Shown one piece after another: positions 59,198 to 64,000 of a DNA stretch of 64,000 nt. This stretch comes from a virus. Positions within the stretch are counted from its first letter, which is position 1, and every line of letters starts with the position of its first letter. Made by a program: the position numbers and the translations under genes. The notes below the pieces were generated by a model. The model made no database searches. It saw nothing but the letters and a program-made list of their open reading frames with translations, and was not told where the DNA came from. The DNA lies in the IMG/VR virus record IMGVR_UViG_3300036790_000231, positions 27,256 through 91,255 of that record. One strand, written 5' to 3'.

Positions 59198-59453
59198 AGA
59201 GATTAGAGAGCTATTTGAGTCTCATCTTTTTAAAACGGCTAATTGCTGGTACTTTCAAGGTAGTAGTATGCATGGTAGATCCTATTTGAAAATTAACGGG
59301 AAAAGAATCTCCCCGCGCCGAATTTCTTGGCTACTGTATCATGGAGAAGAATTAGATAACACAATGATGGTCAAGATTTCTTGCACAGAAAAAATGTGTG
59401 TCAATCCAGATCACTTATATTGTGTTCCACGAACTTATGGATGGAAAGTATGA
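59187..59453 (+). CDS. degenerate HNH-like protein
   Basis: CWYFQG...RRISW..C..KMCVNPDHL; the catalytic His is not evident. Confidence 0.65.
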   Translation: MNSEEIRELFESHLFKTANCWYFQGSSMHGRSYLKINGKRISPRRISWLLYHGEELDNTMMVKISCTEKMCVNPDHLYCVPRTYGWKV

Positions 59454-59480
59454 ATCAAGAGAATAAAAGTTTCAATAAAT

Positions 59481-60053
59481 ATGATTATATGCTACGTATT
59501 TAATAGTTGGTACTTATCAATAAGAGATATTTGGTACATCAATCATGAGCCATCAGGTTCTAGCGATGATATTTTTGAGGATAAAATTAGACAAATTTTA
59601 AGAGAAGAGATGGCACAAATTCCATTTAAGATTGATATACCGGATAGGCTAGATGAGAGATAATAATACAATTATACATGATGAATGCAACTCTATTAAA
59701 TTTACAATTAATCTGCCAGATCATTGTACAGAAGGCGATTTGCAATCGGTAAAGGGCGCTTTATATAATGCTGCTACATTTTACATAGACTGGGAAAAAC
59801 TCTACAATAGAACGAGTGATACAATATCTATCCCAGGTATTATACTTCTAACAATTGCTAACGAACTTAAATGAACGAAGATAAATCTACATATTATAAG
59901 TTTCCTAAGACTTTAGCATTTTTTCTTCTGGGAATGGTTTTCGGAATCGTATTATCTACTGGAATCATTCTTGGAATATTTTTATCTCCAGGATATTATT
60001 TAATAATGATAATATGTGGTTTAATATTGTTTTCATTTTCATTAACAATTTAA
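59481..60053 (+). other. three small hypothetical CDS, the last with two TM helices
   Basis: Coupled ORFs 59481-59663, 59653-59874 and 59871-60053. Confidence 0.45.
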
Positions 60054-60090
60054 ACAAGGAAGGATGACAGAGCGGTAATAAAGTAAAGCG

Positions 60091-60175
60091 AAAGAGCCGC
60101 CCTCAATAAGAAAGACGGCTCAGACGCTAACGAGAGATCTACTAACTGCGTGGGGAGACAATTCCAAGCAGCTAA
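60091..60175 (-). ncRNA. candidate trans-acting antisense sRNA (~85 nt)
   Basis: Minus-strand TTCCCG-18-TACAAT promoter with TG extension; terminator GAGCCGTCTTT/GAGGGCGGCTC+TTT whose G-U pairs work only on the minus strand; body complementary to two RBS leaders. Confidence 0.6.
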
Positions 60176-60250
60176 TAGTTATTGTAGCATAAATTGAAAT
60201 GGATCGGGAAGAAAATCACATCGGCCGCTAACGCGGTCAGGGAGGCATTA

Positions 60251-60721
60251 ATGAAGAAAATTTACGCAGTTAGTTCTGGCAGTTATAGTGATTATAGGGT
60301 GGATCTTATTTTTACAGATAGGAAAAAGTCTGAAGAATATTGTTCAATTGAAAATAGTTCATTTGATCATATTTATTATGATGATAAGTTTCGAGTAGAG
60401 GAATTTTATTTAGTTGATAAAGAGAAAATAAATAGGATATACATAGCGAGAATTATTTCTCGCAATGGAGATATGAATATCTCTGTTAGAGCTTATATAG
60501 GGAATCCTTCTAAGTATACAAGACCTCAAACTGAAACAAAGTTGCAACATTGTTGGGATCCAAGATATAAAACTAGAATAGCATATATGGAATTTATCTC
60601 TCGATGTATAGACCAAAAGCTTGCCGAAAAGTCTGTACAAGATAAATTTAAGCAGTACAAAGCGGAAAAAGAACTTGGTTATATTCCTTCTCCCACGACG
60701 GCGGCCAAAGTGATACAATGA
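60251..60721 (+). CDS. hypothetical protein
   Basis: ATG at 60251 after GGAGG; KIYAVSSGSYSDYRV..IF motif. Confidence 0.6.
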   Translation: MKKIYAVSSGSYSDYRVDLIFTDRKKSEEYCSIENSSFDHIYYDDKFRVEEFYLVDKEKINRIYIARIISRNGDMNISVRAYIGNPSKYTRPQTETKLQHCWDPRYKTRIAYMEFISRCIDQKLAEKSVQDKFKQYKAEKELGYIPSPTTAAKVIQ

Positions 60722-60763
60722 AAACCAGACGAGATCTACTAACGACTAAAGGAGACGATCCCG

Positions 60764-61003
60764 TTGGCGCTGCGCGTGAATTTCAATTTTTATGCATCTC
60801 CCGGCAATGTTGAAAACGAGACATTAAGCGAGCCTAAGACTCTCGCTGAATGGCAGGAAAAGACGAAAGAAGCCAAGGAAGAATTAGGTGGATTCGTTTT
60901 TTGTAAAAGGGCTCCAGATCCGGCCGATCTTTCAAAAGAACCAGAATTACTTGTTAACATTGAAAATGTTAGAAGTGTTCTCGTAGTAGAAGGAGGAGTA
61001 TAA
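60764..61003 (+). CDS. 79-aa hypothetical protein in a stand-alone transcription unit
   Basis: TG-extended TACAAT at 60711-60719, AAGGAG RBS, TTG start, terminator downstream. Confidence 0.7.
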   Translation: MALRVNFNFYASPGNVENETLSEPKTLAEWQEKTKEAKEELGGFVFCKRAPDPADLSKEPELLVNIENVRSVLVVEGGV

Positions 61004-61036
61004 TATATGGAAGACATTGTAGGATCATAAAATATG

Positions 61037-61064
61037 AAAAGAGCCCCGAAAGGGGCTCTTTTTT
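61037..61064 (+). terminator. intrinsic terminator, possibly bidirectional
   Basis: AAAAGAGCCCC-GAAA-GGGGCTCTTTTTT. Confidence 0.9.
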
Positions 61065-61479
61065 ATGGAGATATAGAACTATCCAGATCTTCATCCTATA
61101 TCCAAATGGCGTTGGCCCCTTAATTGATCTGGACCATCTTGGCGGGAACAAGCTTATCTAGAGACTTTTACTTGCCCAAATAGGTAGCAGGAAAATCAAA
61201 AAAGTATGCACGTACTTTTTCAACTCTCTCTAGACCTATGTTCGCGAGGGACATTCAAAAGCGTGGCAGAAAGCTATTGAGAGACTTTCACTTTTGCCAA
61301 TAAGTAGTCTCAAAAAATCAAGTCTTTTACTTGACTCCTTCTCTCAACTTATCGTGTCTCGGTAGGCTGCGTCCCGTATTGCTACTACTACTACTACTAG
61401 CACACTTCTCCCATGAAAGGGGGTAGGTTTTGACCTCGTCACATACGTCACAAACTATTGGAGGCGGTAGGTTCTGGAA

Positions 61480-61788
61480 GTGCGCAAACCGAAGACGACG
61501 GGATCAGCCGGTATCGGCATCTGCATCCTGCTCGCGATCCTTCCCTGGCGAGGCATAATGCTGCCTACATGGGGATTCATTCTCGGCTTGGTCGTCGCGG
61601 TCGGTTTCATTGCCTACTCCATTGTCTCGTTACTTCTTGGGCTTCTTTCAAGACGGCGCACCAGCAGGGGGTCGCCGATCGACAACAGCGACTTGATGAT
61701 CACGCTCTACGGAGTACAAGAGGAGGAACGCGAGAAGCGTGCGCGTCGAATGGCCAACGAACAAATCGACCGCGAAGCAAGAATTTAG
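61480..61788 (+). CDS. small membrane protein
   Basis: Hydrophobic WGFILGLVVAVGFIAYSIVSLLL and a charged tail. Confidence 0.5.
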   Translation: MRKPKTTGSAGIGICILLAILPWRGIMLPTWGFILGLVVAVGFIAYSIVSLLLGLLSRRRTSRGSPIDNSDLMITLYGVQEEEREKRARRMANEQIDREARI

Positions 61789-61828
61789 GCTATCCCCCAC
61801 AAGGGGGTAGATGTGCTACAGTAGGTGA

Positions 61829-62800
61829 ATGCCGCCTGCTGATCGCAACAACCCTGTACGTGGCCGCGCTGGCGGCACCGATTCGCGTTACTCCCTGATG
61901 GAGTTCATGCGGGATTACCCCGACGACGCAACATGTCTTGAGTTCCTTTGGCGCGAGCGCTACGCGCCGGACGGCCATCACATGCAATGCCCGAAATGTG
62001 CTCGTGAAAGAAAGTTTCATCGCGTAAAGAATCGCCCATGCTACGACTGCGATACCTGCGGATATCATTTGCATCCTCTTGCGGGAACAATCTTTGAGAA
62101 ATCATCGACTTCTTTGCAGCTTTGGTTTTATGCGATCTTTCTTATGGTAAGCACTCGTTGCGGGATCTCCGCCAAGCAGCTTGAGCGTGAGTTAGGTGTG
62201 ACTTACAAGACTGCTTGGAGAATGTTCAATAAGATCCGCAATGATTTGATGATTGAAGATGATGAGAAACTTCGCGGAGACGTCGAGATAGATGAGGCTT
62301 CCGTTGATGGCAAGCCCAGAAAGAGGCCTGGTGATTCTGGTCAAATTGCCCTTGGGCCTTCTCGGCGCTCTGAGGCAGCGAAATTGCGCGAACATAGTAG
62401 AGCGACGGTATTTGCGGCTGTAGAACGTGGAGGGTGCGTAAAGGCGACTGTACTTCCTTCGCGGCGCGGCCCTGCGCTGAAGAAGCAGGTCATCGAGTGG
62501 GTCGAACCGCAATCGATCGTGATTACCGATGAGTGGCCAGCGTACAACGGCTTGAACCGGCACTTCATCGACCATAGTCGAATCAATCATTCAACAGGTA
62601 TATATGTTGAAGGTGATACCCATACGAATACCATTGAGGGATTCTTCGGCCACGTCAAGCCGTCGATCAGAGGCACCTATCGCAAGGTGTCGCACAAGTG
62701 GTTGCAGGGCTACTTGAACGAGTTCACGTTCCGCTACAACCATCGCGACGACAATCGCGCGATGTTCGAGACGCTACTTCTGCGTGCTGCTGGGAGCTAG
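61829..62800 (+). CDS. IS1595-family (ISXO2-like DDE) transposase
   Basis: CPKC..CDTC zinc ribbon, GISAKQLERELGVTYKTAW HTH, VEIDE, ITDEW..Y, HTNTIEGFF and YLNEFTFRYN. Confidence 0.95.
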   Translation: MPPADRNNPVRGRAGGTDSRYSLMEFMRDYPDDATCLEFLWRERYAPDGHHMQCPKCARERKFHRVKNRPCYDCDTCGYHLHPLAGTIFEKSSTSLQLWFYAIFLMVSTRCGISAKQLERELGVTYKTAWRMFNKIRNDLMIEDDEKLRGDVEIDEASVDGKPRKRPGDSGQIALGPSRRSEAAKLREHSRATVFAAVERGGCVKATVLPSRRGPALKKQVIEWVEPQSIVITDEWPAYNGLNRHFIDHSRINHSTGIYVEGDTHTNTIEGFFGHVKPSIRGTYRKVSHKWLQGYLNEFTFRYNHRDDNRAMFETLLLRAAGS

Positions 62801-63055
62801 CTCGTCTACCAGCTCGCCTGGGCGCACATCGAGCCCTCTGGCAAGGCGCAGGATCGTCGTCAGACGTGGCTCACGAGCGCCGCGCTCGAAGCGTCCGATC
62901 GCGGTGGGATGCACGTCTGTAGCGCGCGATAGATCGTCCTGAGAGACGCCGTGCTGGGCTCGAAGCTCTTTTAGGCGCTTGCCGAAGGCGACGCTGGCGG
63001 CCTTTGGGTCCTGGTCGAGATGATCCATCCCTGGATGCTCGCCGCTGGAGGCCAA
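62774..63055 (-). CDS. XRE-family HTH regulator
   Basis: FGKRLKELRAQHGVSQDDL...HPTAIGRFERGAREP.L.TILRLARGL. Confidence 0.9.
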   Translation of the reverse strand: MASSGEHPGMDHLDQDPKAASVAFGKRLKELRAQHGVSQDDLSRATDVHPTAIGRFERGAREPRLTTILRLARGLDVRPGELVDELAPSSTQK

Positions 63056-63463
63056 GCGGTCCAGAGCGCATTGGTAGAGAGCGCTTTGGTAGGGTTCTGG
63101 GCTTCTGTAGAGCGCCTGGTCCAGAACCGAGGAGATCGTACCGTGATTGGCCTAGTATTTCTTGTCGTGCTCGTAACTATCGTCTGGGTTGCGCTTGATG
63201 CTCGCGACCACGATTTCTCTTACAGCAGAGGAATGCATTCAACCGCCGGTTGGGTTATTGGATGCATTTTGCTTTGGATTGTTTTCTTTCCCTGGTATGT
63301 AATTGAACGCCGAAAGGTTCCAACCAGAAAGGGACTTCAGGTCGAAGGGGCTTCTGCTGATCTTGAGAATTTGCAGAAATTGGCCGATCTATATAACAAG
63401 GGAATTCTCACAAGTGCAGAGATGGAAGAACAAAAGGCAAAGATACTGAAGAGACTTACATAG
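63020..63463 (+). CDS. membrane protein with a C-terminal SHOCT domain (true start probably ~63143)
   Basis: WVALDA..W..GCILLWIVFFPWY..RR and LQKLADL..GILT.AE.EEQKAKIL. Confidence 0.75.
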   Translation: MIHPWMLAAGGQAVQSALVESALVGFWASVERLVQNRGDRTVIGLVFLVVLVTIVWVALDARDHDFSYSRGMHSTAGWVIGCILLWIVFFPWYVIERRKVPTRKGLQVEGASADLENLQKLADLYNKGILTSAEMEEQKAKILKRLT

Positions 63464-63595
63464 CTATTTATCTTTGGGAATTGGCTTCGCCGCTTTCTTT
63501 AGGGCGTCCAATACATCCTTCTTCTTGGGTACGGGAATCTCGTATCCCTTTGGAGTCTTTTCTTTAGGTTTTGAATCATCTTTTTTGTCGGTCAT
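63464..63595 (-). CDS. small basic protein (43 aa)
   Basis: MTDKKDDSKPKEKTPKGYEIPVPKKKDVLDALKKAAKPIPKDK*. Confidence 0.5.
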   Translation of the reverse strand: MTDKKDDSKPKEKTPKGYEIPVPKKKDVLDALKKAAKPIPKDK

Positions 63596-63616
63596 ACAGA
63601 GGAGAATAGCGCGTCA

Positions 63617-64000
63617 TGGAGGAGTTGCTAGCCGGTGTCCGTGCGAAGTTGGATAGGGCAAATAGCCAATTGGAAACTCTTGAACGCGAAATCAAGGCTT
63701 TTCGCAAACGTCGGACATATCGCATCGAAGGTGAGTTTGAGGCTCAACGCAGCGGATATGTCTTCCGGCTTGATGTTATCGAATGGCCACCGATAGCTTG
63801 GGGCGTCCTTAGCGGAGAGATCGTCCACAACGCCCGTTCGGCTCTTGATAACCTCGTTTGGCAACTTATCCTTCTCAACGGACAACAACCGGGGGAATGG
63901 AGTAGCTTCCCTATCTGGGATTCTGGGAAGGCCGAGACATTCCTTTGTGAGTCCCAGCGTCCACCTATGAAAAAACGACGGCCCGGTAAACTCTATGGAG
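63617..64000 (+). CDS. hypothetical protein, possibly HEPN-like (runs off the window)
   Basis: ATG at 63617: AKLDRA..L..L...GEIVHNARSALDNLVWQL...FPI. Confidence 0.55.

Larger units (their letters stand above)
61419..64000. mobile_element. GC-rich IS1595-family element with probable passenger genes (ends not defined)
   Basis: Sharp GC shift near 61420; transposase, HTH, membrane and small genes. No right-hand inverted repeat found in the window. Confidence 0.55.

Noticed and set aside
60058-60079. tRNA-Ser-like 5' end (GGAAGGATGACAGAGCGGTAAT)
   Set aside because: No anticodon arm, T arm or 3' acceptor strand follows; at most a remnant.
1-61400. Stop-codon reassignment, suggested by PrmC, LysRS and the tRNAs
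   Set aside because: Long genes are intact in code 11 and end in TAA, TAG and TGA at sensible positions. No canonical suppressor tRNA was found.
44340-61450. CRISPR array
   Set aside because: No run of equal-length repeats with unique spacers and no cas genes; the repeats seen are pairs or scattered 8-mers.

Overview
Most of the window (1 to ~61400) is part of the genome of a large, AT-rich tailed phage with a long tape measure protein. The probable host is a high-GC actinobacterium, possibly Thermoleophilia/Solirubrobacterales; this is an inference from motifs. Genes diverge from a non-coding centre at ~44200-45750. The minus-strand arm holds small accessory genes (divergent lysyl-tRNA synthetase, MazG, HTH/RHH regulators, a segment-swapped vWA protein), a head-tail operon (intein-containing protein, protease/scaffold, decoration, major capsid, connectors, tail tube, -1 frameshifted tail chaperones, LAGLIDADG endonuclease, tape measure with peptidase and transglycosylase domains, Dit, minor tail proteins, holin candidate) and a replication block (SF2 helicase, PrmC, DnaB-like helicase, HNH, primase, SSB, dNMP kinase). 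The plus-strand arm has many small ORFs, FtsK, an HD hydrolase and a tRNA/ncRNA cluster. No terminase, portal, polymerase or integrase is visible in this window. From ~61420 the DNA is GC-rich and carries an IS1595-family transposase with flanking genes. Top findings: (1) a LysRS homolog with a remodelled amino-acid pocket, alongside a rearranged tRNA-like RNA and PrmC; (2) a predicted ~85-nt small RNA complementary to the RBS leaders of two genes 50 kb apart; (3) hairpin RNAs interleaved with tRNAs; (4) a vWA domain with a non-circular segment permutation; (5) a 3D-domain cell-wall enzyme gene with no canonical start codon. All calls come from reading motifs by eye; no searches were run.
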